DNA of 64,000 nt from the NCBI GenBank assembly GCA_040954595.2, contig CM082576.2, forward strand, positions 12,465,129 to 12,529,128. The letters are read 5' to 3'. The notes below the pieces were generated by a model that saw only the letters and a program-made list of their open reading frames with translations, ran no database searches and had not been told where the DNA came from. Position 1 is the stretch's first letter. Each line of letters opens with the position of its first letter. This DNA comes from Balanoglossus misakiensis (lineage: Eukaryota > Animalia > Hemichordata). Shown in pieces: positions 40,501-53,639 of this stretch. The position numbers and the translations under genes were made by a program.

Positions 40501-40981
40501 ACTCTTAATATCAATGATAGTAAAATTTTGTCGAAGCAAAACACCGATTGCAAAAGTTTCCTTTTTGATTTACGCAATGGTAGTATATTAAAAAAGATAC
40601 ATTTTTGTAGTTTTTCCTATTTTTTCTTCAAAATATAAAGAGCTGAGCTTTACATCTTTGAAAAACCGACTCATTTCCAATCAAATAATTTATCCAAATA
40701 TAATAATTTCCAGTGACAGTTTTCTTTAAAACCAAAGAAAAATACTGTTTGTTTTTTAAATCCGATCAATGACTGATTCGTTCATTGCATAAGATTACAT
40801 ACACATATAGTACTTTCCATGTTTTTTTTCAACACATGGGGTTACATGACATTCTGAGACATGGCACCCCACGTGAATTATTCTGTCAGTGGAAGAGATA
40901 TCCCTGATTTCAATTCCTCAGGAAGATCAAGCATTTTATAAATATAAAGTTTTTTCCCCTCTTGTATAAATTGAGGCAAAC

Positions 40982-41857
40982 TTACATACCTACTTCGATT
41001 AGAACATTCATGATTTGATCAATGTCGTCCATGAGATCACTCCTGCAGTTATTGGGACAGTGGTTCGAGAAGGATGTGTTGTCTGATGTGGACGAGCTGA
41101 CTTTCCATATGTCTTCAGTACTCTTTGGGCTAAGTGGCGTGAACAGGTCAAAGTCATACAGCGAGACGTCGATGTCACTGAACTCCTCCTCGCAAGCTTC
41201 GAGCAAGCTGAGGGTCGAGTCGGTGATACTGTCAAACTCCACCATGAAATTACTCAAGTCCGTTTCGCGGCTATTTTTCGCCGTTTTGGCATCACTCTCA
41301 GTCCTACAGCTGTCCTGTACATTAGAGTTCTCGTCCGCTTCATCCGTAGCTGGACAAAGCGGTTCCTCCTCTGTTTCCATTGCAGAGGCAGTGTTCTCAC
41401 TGTGACAAGTGTCCGTCCTGGAATTGACCGCCAGAGCGGTACCTGACTGTCTAGTCGTTGCGTTTTCAACGCACACATTTTCCTTATTGCCTCCCTGGGG
41501 TTTGACTTTATTGTCCGTTGCGACACCGCGCTTACTGAAGGCCCGTTGGCTCTCTTCTTCGGTAGGGATCTCTTCCGCGTGGTGGTCACTTTGGGCGATG
41601 TACGGCGATGCCAGAACCATGCTGCCACAAATCTTGCCGGTGTTTTCCATCTGCAGTTCTTTGTGTATCTGTTTCAGGGTGTTGCAGATCAGCACAGACC
41701 GCAGCAACTTGGGCTCCTTCACGTCCCGGCATGACTGCAGTTTAAAGAGGGATATGTTCAAAAACGACTGCCTCTGCTCACTGTACATGGTGGCAAAGCC
41801 AATCTCCTTCGCTTCTTCCAATTCATGATACTTTCGTTTTACACCTTTCCCCAGCAT
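40982..41857 (-). CDS. SERTAD2: SERTA-domain transcriptional cofactor, SERTAD2/CDCA4 (TRIP-Br)/taranis type, 291 aa, single coding exon
   Basis: MLGKGVKRK N-terminus; SERTA domain QRQSFLNISLFKL...EPKLLRSVLICNTLKQIHKEL; FSDIDVSLYDFD motif; C-terminal DDIDQIMNVLI. Acceptor TTGTTGCAG|ACTTATG 4 nt upstream of the ATG. The symbol denotes the closest remembered vertebrate paralog (co-ortholog of SERTAD1/2/3/CDCA4). Confidence 0.92.
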   Translation of the reverse strand: MLGKGVKRKYHELEEAKEIGFATMYSEQRQSFLNISLFKLQSCRDVKEPKLLRSVLICNTLKQIHKELQMENTGKICGSMVLASPYIAQSDHHAEEIPTEEESQRAFSKRGVATDNKVKPQGGNKENVCVENATTRQSGTALAVNSRTDTCHSENTASAMETEEEPLCPATDEADENSNVQDSCRTESDAKTAKNSRETDLSNFMVEFDSITDSTLSLLEACEEEFSDIDVSLYDFDLFTPLSPKSTEDIWKVSSSTSDNTSFSNHCPNNCRSDLMDDIDQIMNVLIEVGM

Positions 41858-44507
41858 AAGTCTGCAACAACAACAAAAATAACGATGATTAGAATTCACC
41901 AGGGGAAAAAAACACAAAAACAATTCTTTGAACTGATCAAATCTGCAACGATCGTGCCAAAATACCACAATTGACAAGCAGCTAAGAGTAGTGCATTACA
42001 TCACGCTTATTCAGGGGTTACCGTTTCCAGAACCAGTGAGTCACCTTGATTCATCGAAGCTTGTTTATGACAAATAGACTATGATCTCACTGGGGCACAG
42101 TGTGGGGACATGAAAAGTCCCTTCCCGAGAGGGAAACTGGTCATCTACCCTTTGAATTGTGTAAGCACATACAACCAAGACCACAAACATGTCTAGACAT
42201 TAAATGTTTTAAGAAGACCTCGCGTGAGTCTAGGTGTTGGGTCAAAGGTTAACAATCCAGGTACCCTTATAAAAGATATGGCCTATGACATAATTGAGCA
42301 TGGTGTCTGACACCGGCACATGTGTAAATGACAATGTAGGTCACAAATTTCCTCAGTAAAAAAAGCTCTTTGATCATGTTGCAGAGAAAAAACAGGTCAC
42401 AGTCAGCTGATGCTTACTGTTCAGAAACACTGGGCACTGTACACCCACTGGAAATGGACGAGCAAAGGAATTTTTATTTGTGACTCCACCCTAACCTTGC
42501 TATGGCAAGATATTACATCACAGCCAGTTTTGATGTATGTGTCTGATGAAATCCCAGACAAATCCACATCACTGCATTTCGGCCAAAAAATAGCTGGCCA
42601 ATACAACTTGCCTTTCCACTTTTTTTTTCAAAGCGAAAGATCACAAGGAAATAAGACATCATAAACTCTGAAGTTTGCCTGAACCATATCTGATCATAGT
42701 CCCTGATACCGAGTGACAGCGCTGTCAAAAGGTCAAACAACAGCATACTGTGTACTATATGAATTATTAGAAAACAATGACAAGTAACGCACAAACTATC
42801 TGAAATGGGCGGAGAAATTTCAAGAACAAGCCTGGGGTGATCTCAGAGCGAATGCGATGCTGGTGAAAATTTCGTCAATTGAACAGCTAAAGCCAAACTG
42901 ATTTCACAGTTTAATATTCGACTGTGTAAATTAATAGAGGCTATGTTTCTGTTTGTCTTTTAGACTACTGCTCTGAAGCTGACCCATTTATGCCGTGGAG
43001 AAACTGAATCTAACCATTTTTCTTTATTGGTGGTGAGCATAAAACGAAAGAATAAGGTCTCTTGTCATCTCTGATTTCTGAGAAATACAGCTTCTTTTGA
43101 AATGCTTAAATAATAGTTCAATCACTGTGGTGACACACACACACAACACTGGCTTTCAGTAAACACTATTTTATGTTCATCTAACTGTTAATTATTTTCA
43201 TAATCACTAGATAAGATTGTCTTCTGAAACTTCTTAACAAGTTTAAATGTCCTCAAACATGACGCAAACAGTGTCACCGAGGAACAGATCTATGTACAAA
43301 ACAGGCGAATACAAAATAGATTCTCATGTTACACTGTACTAAAATTTCCATATTACAGCACACCATTGGTACACAACCTGTTGGGGGGGGAATTTCGATG
43401 TCTTCGAAAATAAGACTGTTTATCGATGATGTCATACATGTATGGTGACTTCAAGGTTTGTGAAAACGGAAGAGTTGTTTACAACTTGCGCTGACAATGC
43501 ATCTCTGAGTGACCTCCGCTAGCTTGCCCAATAACCTTATTATCCATTCAAGGACATATCTCATCTCACGATCACGTACTGGGGTTCTTCGGCAAAAACA
43601 CCGATTCGGTGATCAACACACGGGTAAAAGCGGAGGGATTTTGCATAGCTTTTTCCGCGTCCGCAGCGTAAAATCGAAGTTTTTGACGTCCCCCCAAATG
43701 AAACCCTAGGGTGACAAACTTTGCCGGTTTCCTTGGCCCCCGTGACCTTTCATTCAACATGGAGGTTCGCCATGTTCGGCCTTGTCCTGGTTAAAACTGC
43801 AAGGTTTTTTTTTGTAGCGACACGATCTAGCTGTCACTCGCTTCTAAAAGCGCCTGCTATTTTCTCTTTTCCGCGTGTGATAAGGAAAAACAACTTTGCG
43901 GAAAACTGGCGGAGAAATTGAATGAATAATTAACAGTCAGAAACAACTTCCGCCATGACAACCAGCGTTTACTATTTTGCAACTTCCGCATGAAATATTC
44001 ACCGATTTTATTTCTTCTTTTCCGGCGCACTAGAGCGTTTGAAGATAAATTTAAGCAACAAATATATTAAAGTAGATGCTAAAGTCCTACTCTGTTTCTT
44101 AAATAGCATTTGCTGCAAGTATTAAGAAAACAACATTTGGTCGGGACCCGGACGCCAAAGCCGACAAGCGTCTATATGGTAATCGTGGTCCATAGGCTGT
44201 TTACTAGTAACGTTTGTTTTCAACAACTTCAGTCCGATCACAATTTTTCACAATGAATGGAAATTTAAACCGCGTCGGTATCAACAGCGTGTAACAGGGT
44301 TTTAACGCCAACAGAATTTTTACTTCAACAAGTTCCGTCGTTAATCCAAGAGGCGTACACTTGATAGTAGTTCTACAAACGAATCGGTCATGGGCCGATC
44401 GTGGATACACTATAAACCCCCATGCAAATTTCACAGCAATGACTTGACAGCTCACTCATCGGTTCATACATAACTTCGCCGGATAAAATATCGAAAAAAA
44501 TACTTAC

Positions 44508-45020
44508 AAAATATTGCTTCGAATGATCCAAACTTAATACTGATCGGAGAACTACGGTTGGTGAACTACCTGTTTCACATCGAATCGTGTTATGGTGTAA
44601 TACACGGAAAAAAAGTTGTGCCGTAAGCGGGAAAACCACCTCTGTTGGCCGACTCTCAATACAAACTGACCTCTGTACCAAGGTTGATTGACAAATCACG
44701 TGACACACAGGAAGCCCCTAAATGGAACCCAGTAAGCTGGTCACTCATTGGTCGATCTGTTATTTGTGTTCGCCGCCTGCTAAGAGCAGCTTTTTGCTCC
44801 CTCGTCTTTCCAGCGATATTCTCGGCCAGCTGCTATAAAGGTGCGAATATTTTGGACGTGTTCATAAAGAAATACCATTGTTGCGTCCGATAGGGAACGG
44901 TGCATGCTGCCCAGCAGAATACAATCATAACTAGGATGCCAATAAGATTGGTCCTTACAAACAAGGAGTTGTGCATGAGTAATAAATTACCTTGTGACGT
45001 AAAGACCCATATATGGTGGG
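44508..45020 (-). promoter_or_regulatory. Putative first exon and promoter of the SERTAD2-like gene
   Basis: Minus-strand donor |GTAAGTA at 44507; E2F site TTTCCCGC (44627-44634); E-box TCACGTGA (44696-44703); TGACGTAA (44995-45002) next to perfect CArG CCATATATGG (45007-45016); CpG-rich. Confidence 0.45.
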
Positions 45021-48000
45021 GTGCGCACGTGCCTACATAGTGCCTTGTTTTCAGGTGACACACTTATAATATGGTAATATCACCGTGGACTCGCAGTTGT
45101 TTACTCGTACAGTGTTTACTAGAATTCAGCACCGGTACCGTAGCAACGGAATTTTAGTGAAAATAAGGGACACTGTAAGTCATTCTGAGCGGAGCTTTTT
45201 CGCTCGTACAGAATCAAAGATGCTTTTACAATTAGACGCCCACAACTTTTCTCGAAGGAATAGGATGGTTGTATGGTAGGCCTACATGCAAAGTTGAACG
45301 GAGGGCACTTATGACGACAGACCCTGTAATGTAATGAGTCATGAATCCGCGCTTGCGCTCTTGTGTTTTACTTGCCCGGCGAAAACAGTTTCAGCTTTTA
45401 AAGAAAAAGAAACTTTACTAAATATATTGACTACGCAATGACGATTCTCAGATTGCTGTTTTGACTGCATTCTCCTCTCCTATTTTGTGTATGTTGTTTT
45501 CAATAATCTTTTTGGATCGAGTGAAGCCATTCAGGTTGCCGAAAGTTTTTCTTGCGTCGTCACAAGTTGTTGACGTGAGAGCGAGGAGGAATAATCCGTC
45601 AACATTCGCAAGGTTGTTGAACCCTTTTACTGAAAACAAATGTGTACACGATTTCGTAGGTCTCATCAACCCAGGCACATGAGTACAATATGATGCAACC
45701 GATGCCAAAAATCTGTAGGACACCATATCTGATAGTTTTTTTTTTTCCATTGACGAGCCCATATTCTATTGATTGATAATTTTCAGTAGAAGGGACCAAC
45801 AGCATCGAATGAAGTAAACAGCGGATTTTAATCAGATTGAACAGTAATAAATACATTTGTGAACGTCATATCAAAATGGTCCACTGTTGGCCGCCCTTTC
45901 CCTTTCAACACTTGCTGTAGTAGAACAGATCTCCTATAGGCGACCTGAGACTCTCTATTTAACAACAGGTGTTATTCGAGATGGAGTATATTGCACCCAG
46001 ATTCACTCTCCTTTAATATTTCCACAACTCTTACCCTTATAATAAAGGGCCAGGTGGATAGAGGAATGATGAGCTCATTTTTTTTCTGAGCCCCCCCCCC
46101 CCCCCCCGTGACTTCCGAGTCCCAAGGTCATATGAATATTGTCAACTTGAATGTTATCCAAGGTCAACCATGGATAACCCTGACTATGTTGACATCTCAA
46201 AACATGAAAGGCTACACTGTACATTATATAATTAGTCTATTTGCTTTGATTTTAAAAACAATCCGTTCGTTGCAGAGTTGCTGTCATATTTCCTTGACAT
46301 GAAACAACAAAATTTCACTTTTAAAAATGTTTATTATGATGGCATTCTATTAGATATAAGTAAATAAATAAATTCAAGCGAAGTTGTGCAACCACATTCT
46401 GCCGATAACAAGCAAATTACCCAAAATTCGATCACCAATCTTAGCTCCGTGTAAAGGTATGGAAACCGGCCATATAAAGGTGTGCTCATGAACAAAATTT
46501 GACATTGACCTAAAGGAGTTCGGCCGACATATAGAGGGCGCAGTCTCAGCACAAGAGAATACATACACTGGTAAAACAGGAAGGGGGGGGGATAATGAAA
46601 CATCGTCGAGATTTAGTCAATATGTCATATTGTCAGCAGAAACCTTTAGTGCAGCAGGCATCCACCCCTGTTTTAGGCTTGTTTTACATCAAGAATGTTT
46701 TATTTAGTTCATTTGCAGTTGGAACCGCGAAAGTCCTTTATGCAACTCCTTTGTACATGTAGAGCGCCCTCGTATGATGATGGGCTTTTTTAGGGGTGAA
46801 CGTTCTTTGCGCGTGTGACCATGACCATCCCGTAAGCTGTCCACGTAAGCAATATATCCATAGCAGCCGATTGCCAAAGTCATCTATGTAACAAGGTCAA
46901 AAACAAAACCTTTTACCTTTTAAGGTTTCTTTTGGAAGAGTCGTTCTGACCTAGAATTGAAGGCACAAAAAGCCAATGGAGTGACAGGGCTACAGATCCA
47001 TGATCCGCAACTGAGCTCCAAGCGTCAGTCTCTGTTACTAGTATTTTCCTGTTCCCCCATTTATTAATATCCCCCACTTCAGTACAATATACACTTATTT
47101 TATGATTTGTCACACAAACTTGATTGAAATTTGATTTATATTGTCTCCAGTTCAATTGATAAGAAGAAGGTCTTTATCTGGCATGGATAATCTCGTATTA
47201 ACCCCAGGCTGATATTAAATCTGCCTTCTTCTGAAAAGGATGAACCAAGGAGGTGTATGGTAATGTGATTCGAGAGAGCTTATTGTAGATGCCATGGTAT
47301 GTTTGCGAGTGTGACGTGCATGATAGGTTTACGAATTAGAAAACAACAGAAGCTATATGATATGCTAGCTTTAAAACCCTATCTACTTCTATATGAAAGT
47401 GCATTTACCTTTCATTCCATCATGAATATTTAATTACGTGGCTGACCCGTGAATGAAAGAAAATAAGGATGCAATGTGTAGAACCGCATCATAATTTGTA
47501 TTCCCGTATTGAATGTTATCGTTGAAGTCAGATCCTTTTTTTAATCAAACGACAAATGTCTTGAGATTTGTTATTACATATTCGATACAGAGTCATGTCA
47601 TCTAAATTCTATGAAACGAGATTTTAACAAGATTTTTTTTATTCGGACTTTCCGACGTCGTTTCCACACCAAATTTTGTTAACTATTCCACGCTTGGGGG
47701 CGCTATTGCCCGTAGCCTGGGTTTGAAGCCATGCATGGTTTGACCATGTGAAGCCATTGAAGCCCTTGTTCGCACGCGCGTAATATCGTGTTTGTTTTAT
47801 GCGAATATGTACGTCTTGTTGACGACCGGATCAAAATCAAAACACTACATTACGTAGATTGTTATTTTTCTGAACTCTTCGGTACGCTCCCACAGATGTT
47901 TTCGAAAACCGAAAGAACCCACCGGTTATTACTTTCTTGATTTTGCGTACTAGTATATTCCCATGTCGGCCTACTTGAGTTATTTTTTCCAAGATCTCAG

Positions 48001-49242
48001 GTGATCCTCTGGTTCATCGGTACAACGTCGTCATTTAGAATACGGGAAGTAATACACTTTTCTGTAGAATGTCAGAGGGACAGTGACGTCAGCGGTTTAT
48101 TCGCCCTGTGCATGTTATGTGTAGGAGACGTACACGTGCAGTATTCTCAACATTAACAATGCATCGACGTCATCACTTCTTGCGTCAAGAGAAAACGTCA
48201 CATGGACAGGCGCATGTAACCTAGGATAAGCTTGTGTGTATGTCGTTCGGTAATGTCGCACTACACGACATTTCGTTTGACGCTTGTCAATTTCCAATCT
48301 TTCAGCGTGGGAGATAAATATTTTATTTCTTACGCGTTTTGTTTTCGAGTTTGGCCTATGTTTGTAATAATCGTACTGTGATTCCCAGACTGACTGTCGC
48401 ATGTGTCGCGACGGCGCGAAATTTGTCCGAAACAAAACCAGTCACCGCATCGCGTAGTTTCAATACGTTAATATTGTGGATTTGAACGGAATCTCTACTT
48501 GCGCGATTTTTCCTAAACTTCCGAAGTACACTCACGACGGTCCCTGACATCATATGACAATACATGTAATTAAACTTCTTCACTCATGTAACGAAATGAA
48601 ACGCACATGTATTTTTAAATGACAATACATGTATGAAATATATGTTAGTTGTTTATTGAGACTTTCCTACAAAGTCTGTATGGATCAACGCCATCACAAT
48701 AGAACTTCGAGCCCCCCCCCCCGAAGACAAAAGCATTCATGGAAATCAAATCTTCCTCCGCATCAGCACTTATAGTTTTCACATGTTTCCGAGTGTGCAT
48801 GTTAGTCGTAGGGTTCAGTTGTTACGGCCGGGAGGACCAGTGGAAATGTTTTGGCATTCTGTAGAGGAAAGAAACAAATTTGCAGAATATTAGCAGCAGT
48901 GGCGGTGCATGGTGGTCAGTGGTGGTGGTGGTGGTGGTAATACAACAACTATCAGGGCCTGGGCCTGTCATTCTCCATGATGCGGTGGCTTCGATCAAAG
49001 AAGTAACATAATGTTAACAGACGTATTTTAACTGATCTCGAAAACCCGCAAAAAGGACTAATTTATTGCTTCTTAGAATTACACTGATAGAATTCATAAA
49101 ATGTGGGGTGATTTTTATTAGCACAGTCAATGTCTTTGTGGAGACTGAGCTCACTGCCTTCCAAATGTAATACTCGGTCACTCACAGACGCGCTCTAGTT
49201 CCTCCGCTCCACGCCCTAATTTGAGTATAGCTTGATTTCCAG

Positions 49243-49796
49243 TAGCTCTGCGTACAGGTCTGTGTGTTCCCGGCGTTATACGGCCTCCACCCACAGCCCT
49301 GCAAGGCGCCATAGAAAAAACTGGTGCTTCTGCGGTCCGGATCCGGACCGCAGCTTTTTCGGCCGAAATTCGATTTTATCGAAGCAAAATACTTTCCTAG
49401 TCTACTTCTACCTCCTAACCGACTCTAAATATGATGCGATTAACTTGTCCTAACGTCCGAACCGCTCGCTTTCTAAAACTTTTATGTTTACCCAGGAGAA
49501 AAACTCGCTGTAAGCCTTGCATTCAATACGGCGATCTCGACATGTAAACACACACAAATAAATCAGAACGCGAGCAGTTCTGACGTTAGGACAAGTTAAT
49601 CACATCATATTTGGAGTCGGTTAGGAGGTAGAAGTAGACTAGGAAAGTATTTTGCTTCGATAAAATCGAATTTCGGCCGAAAAAGCTGCGGTCCGGATCC
49701 GGACCGCAGAAGCACCAGTTTTTTCTATGGCGCCTTGCAGGGCTGTGGGTGGAGGCCGTATAACGCCGGGAACACACAGACCTGTACGCAGAGCTA
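49243..49796. mobile_element. Non-autonomous foldback DNA transposon, 554 bp, 232-bp TIRs, 9-bp TSD (AcademH- or Mutator-like)
   Basis: TSD GATTTCCAG at 49234-49242 and 49797-49805; termini TAGCTCTGCG...CGCAGAGCTA; TIRs 49243-49474 and 49565-49796 with about 5 mismatches, all in the inner ~50 bp; 90-bp spacer; no transposase. Confidence 0.92.
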
Positions 49797-52086
49797 GATT
49801 TCCAGGTATTCACACACGAATTTTGATGTTACTGGCCGTTACACACCACAACCACACAGACAATATGCCCCGGGTGTTTCCCAGGCAACCGCAGTGTTTA
49901 CCCCATCTCATCTGTTGCCATGGTAGCAGAACAATCTAGCTGGCAATCTATCTGACGTCAGGGTGGTGTCGTATGAATAACAATCTTGACATGTGACATT
50001 TCTGTACCGTATAGTTGCCCCAATTATAAGTGTATAGGCCTGCATCACTGTTCATAAATTAATAAACTGTTATCAACACTGTAAATGTTGTGAATTGGAT
50101 CCCATTATTTAATTTCAATATTCAACACATTAAGGTGTTATCAATACTTTACAGAAACACTCCCAGAAGGAAAATGGCATTACTTAATAGATCGCCAGAC
50201 TCGATATTTTGACCTTTAGTCTTCACGAAGGTGTCGACTCCAAGAAACGGTCACGGTCGATGGAGGTCGAGCCAGCCGGGGAAAATATGGTCATTATTCA
50301 TTGTTGCTAAAACCTCGTCTCCGAAGCGTCGAATTTTCGCGACATGCGTCAAGAGGAAAAGAATTCGCATTGTCAAAATTACAGCTGTAGTACACAGCAG
50401 TAATAACCATCTTCAATGCCATGCTTCCTGCGAACGTACACTCGCACTTGTGAATCACTTAGCGAAAAATCAATACACCATCATCTATGGTAATTGCCAT
50501 AAAAATCGGGACGCTGAAGTTCAATAAAAAATCCTTTCTCTCTGGCGGGCAAGTTTGTTTCGTCACGAGAGCGGGAGCTGCATTATTTATTTGTATTATT
50601 TGCGTATCGTTGTGCGACATTGGAGAATACTAGTACATGCATTGATATAGCACCGGCTCCCCGTGCAGTTGCAGTGTGACTTGAATAGTGTACAGGATGT
50701 AATGTATGTGCACCGGTGCCTATATGTACGAAATAATTACTGTCCGTTATGAATTATACATGACCTTATTTTCCATCAAGGCCATTTGGGAGCTGGCCAT
50801 GTACTAAGATCGAATGCATTTAATCGAACGAGATATTGGACTAGGGAGGCGTTTTGGATGACACTAACGAGCCGCAGAGAAAGGAAACAGCGCCGAGACG
50901 TGCGATCCCTCCTTACAAGGAACCAAACACGTAAGCGTCCGTGTTTAATATTGTATTGTGTTAGTTTGCCAGAGAGATTTGTCACTAATGTCAAGAGCTC
51001 GAGGGTGTTCGTGTTCAACAATTTGTGCTGCTGGACACGAAAAGCTTATATACTTGAAGAACAAGGGTGTGTATTGGATAGGCTTGTAGCAGCGAGAATC
51101 TATGTCACTGTAACGCGTAATGATGCGTGGTATACGGTGTTGTAGGTCAGTGAGCCGACAGCTGTCGCACAATATTGAGGTATCGATGTTTCTATTAAAA
51201 GCCCTAATGCAATAAGATTTTTTTTCTGGTGGCACACCTCCCGGATTACTTTATAGTACATGTATATGAATTGGTGGTTTATCCTATCGATTGAACACCA
51301 GATCGGAAAACGAATCACTCGTTGATTCAACACGTCGCCGTATCAGTTCACAATATTGTTCAATATTTTTAAAGAGCGTTCACTGTTATGACTCAGTAAA
51401 CACGCGACATTGCACAGTTTTTAAAGAGTCGGGCTTGATCTGCACGCGAGGCAAGCACATTTAATCCACCTTCCTTTCAACGAGACCGCACCCGTTATAT
51501 GTGTTATCACTTTCAACAACACTCGGCTCGTGTCGTGGCATGCGCGCACCATGTGCAGGTTTTCTGTTTGGTCACAGGTGTGTCAAATCCAAGCCCGATA
51601 GATTTCGAGGTACGGAGTTCAGAGGTCGTCGTGGTATATACACCGAGCCACGTTTGTCTGTTGTGTGGTGCCAGTTTGCTTGTGATTTCCTGACATCTAT
51701 TTTTTCGTCGAGCGATTTCTCTATTCGTACATAAAAAAAACTCCGAAGGGAGCAGAGATCTACAACAGCTAAAGTGTCGGGTTATCACAGCCCAAAGTAC
51801 GTGCCTCAAAATCGTTACATGAAAAATATCCCTCCGTTTAAAACACAATATGACAATGTATTACTATGCGGCAACAGTCTCTTTTATTCACGCAGTTTTC
51901 CTTGAGTTTGCGCGAAGAATAGTAAAATGTCGCTACTATATACACAGATGGCATATAGTATACATGCGCACCGGCCGTATACCTGTCTATTGGCTGGGTT
52001 ACAGCAGACAAATCGCCATTAAACACGCTAAACATAGATTCTATCGTGTTGTGAAAAAAAATCTAATTGACGTTATCAAATGCATT

Positions 52087-52191
52087 TATGAAATCAAATC
52101 AACAGTTAAATGGTCATCTGTCTGTAGTGGGTGAAGAACATATTCACCCACTACAGACAGATGACCATTTAACTGTTGATTTGATTTCATA
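52087..52191. repeat. Perfect 49-bp inverted repeat with 7-nt loop
   Basis: Arm 52087-52135 (TATGAAATC...GGGTGAA) is the exact reverse complement of 52143-52191; loop GAACATA. Confidence 0.95.
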
Positions 52192-53639
52192 TTCGTGAAG
52201 AAACATCACAGCACACTCTTTTATCTACGCCCTACTCGACTGTGCGTGTTGCCATTATGATATAGCCTACTTGTGTATATCTCACTGTAAACATGATTTA
52301 TCTTTTAAAGGGAGCTTCGAAACTTATGTCATTTAGATCTCCCATAAATCTGGGGGGTGGGGGGAAGAATTTCATTAAGATTCATCACACCTGGATTTCC
52401 TACAATTACATGTTATGCACAATTGAAAACAATCACGACTTGTGGTCACTGTCCCTAGCCTAGGTCATTTAAAAGGTGGTTTGCAAGTCATTTGCAGGCA
52501 TTTAGTTATCACGTAAAGAAATGAGTTTGACGACTCTACTGGCCACACTTCACAAACCTTCCTATGTTGGGTGAAAATGTCACAGTATTATTAGAACTTT
52601 ATTGCTTAATTAACTGGTGTTTCACATCCACGAGGGCGGGTCATTTAGTAGAGATATGTCTGCCAATTATTGATGTCTATTATCCTCGAGTGACAACATT
52701 ATTTCCGATGTTGAGGCCACTTCACACACATACGGAAAACGGTATTCTGACTCTGGTCGCGGCTGCATCAACCGATGACATGCGCTGACAGTCGGTGTCA
52801 ATTATTACGTAACTACGGAATTTGCTCTAAAGCTCGCTATTTATGGCAACGTGTGTTGAAAACTCGTTACATTATGTTCTTTTGATTGTGTGACAGTTGA
52901 TGTCGCTCATTTGTGCCGGTGGAGGTCTTGTCAGCTATTTATACATTTATCACAACGCATGTGTTTACTTCAGCGTTGGTTCACGTTTTACACCTGTGAT
53001 AGCGACGTTCAGTGACCGCGCGCGGTTAATACATTATTTTAAATGCACCCGCAATAAATATCCACTTTTCTATGGTCTCCCTTCGTCCTTCCACTTGCAA
53101 ATCCAACAGGCTCAGACAATCAATTACTAAATCGTGTAATAAACTTGCCCTCCCCAATACACAGGTCGATTGCAGGGTGAGTGATCACGCCTAATATCCA
53201 TATGACGACTGTGACCTTGACACAATCTATAAATGACATGCTAACGCGCGCGGGGAAAAAACCTGTCTGGATTGACATACGGACTGATATGCAGGTAAAT
53301 TATTTTTTTATATATGTCACATTGTGCCATATAATAATTTATTGAAGTTAAATACATAAAAACATGCTGATTTGACTATTTGACATTTTGAGTCAAGATT
53401 ATCAAAAATAGCATTTTTAAATTTGCGATGATATGACGGCATTCTGTTGTTTGAGGCGTGTCCAAAAATAAATTCAACCATCATCATTCAGATCAGTGGA
53501 ACAGACAAGAGCTTAGCAGATTAAGAGATCCACAGATGATTAATAATGATAGATTTGCCGTAATTCGATTTCACCATAGATGATTAATCTCTAGGCATGT
53601 TCTCTCGCATTATTTTGGTGTGTCGCGTCTCCCCAGACA

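Noticed and set aside
41858-41977. 40-aa N-terminal extension of the SERTAD2-like ORF in the ORF track
   Set aside because: Mostly intronic: contains the pyrimidine tract and acceptor; family conservation begins at MLGKG.
49232-49813. Twin 73/75-aa ORFs with nearly identical translation on opposite strands
   Set aside because: Simply the two TIRs of the foldback element; not a duplicated gene.
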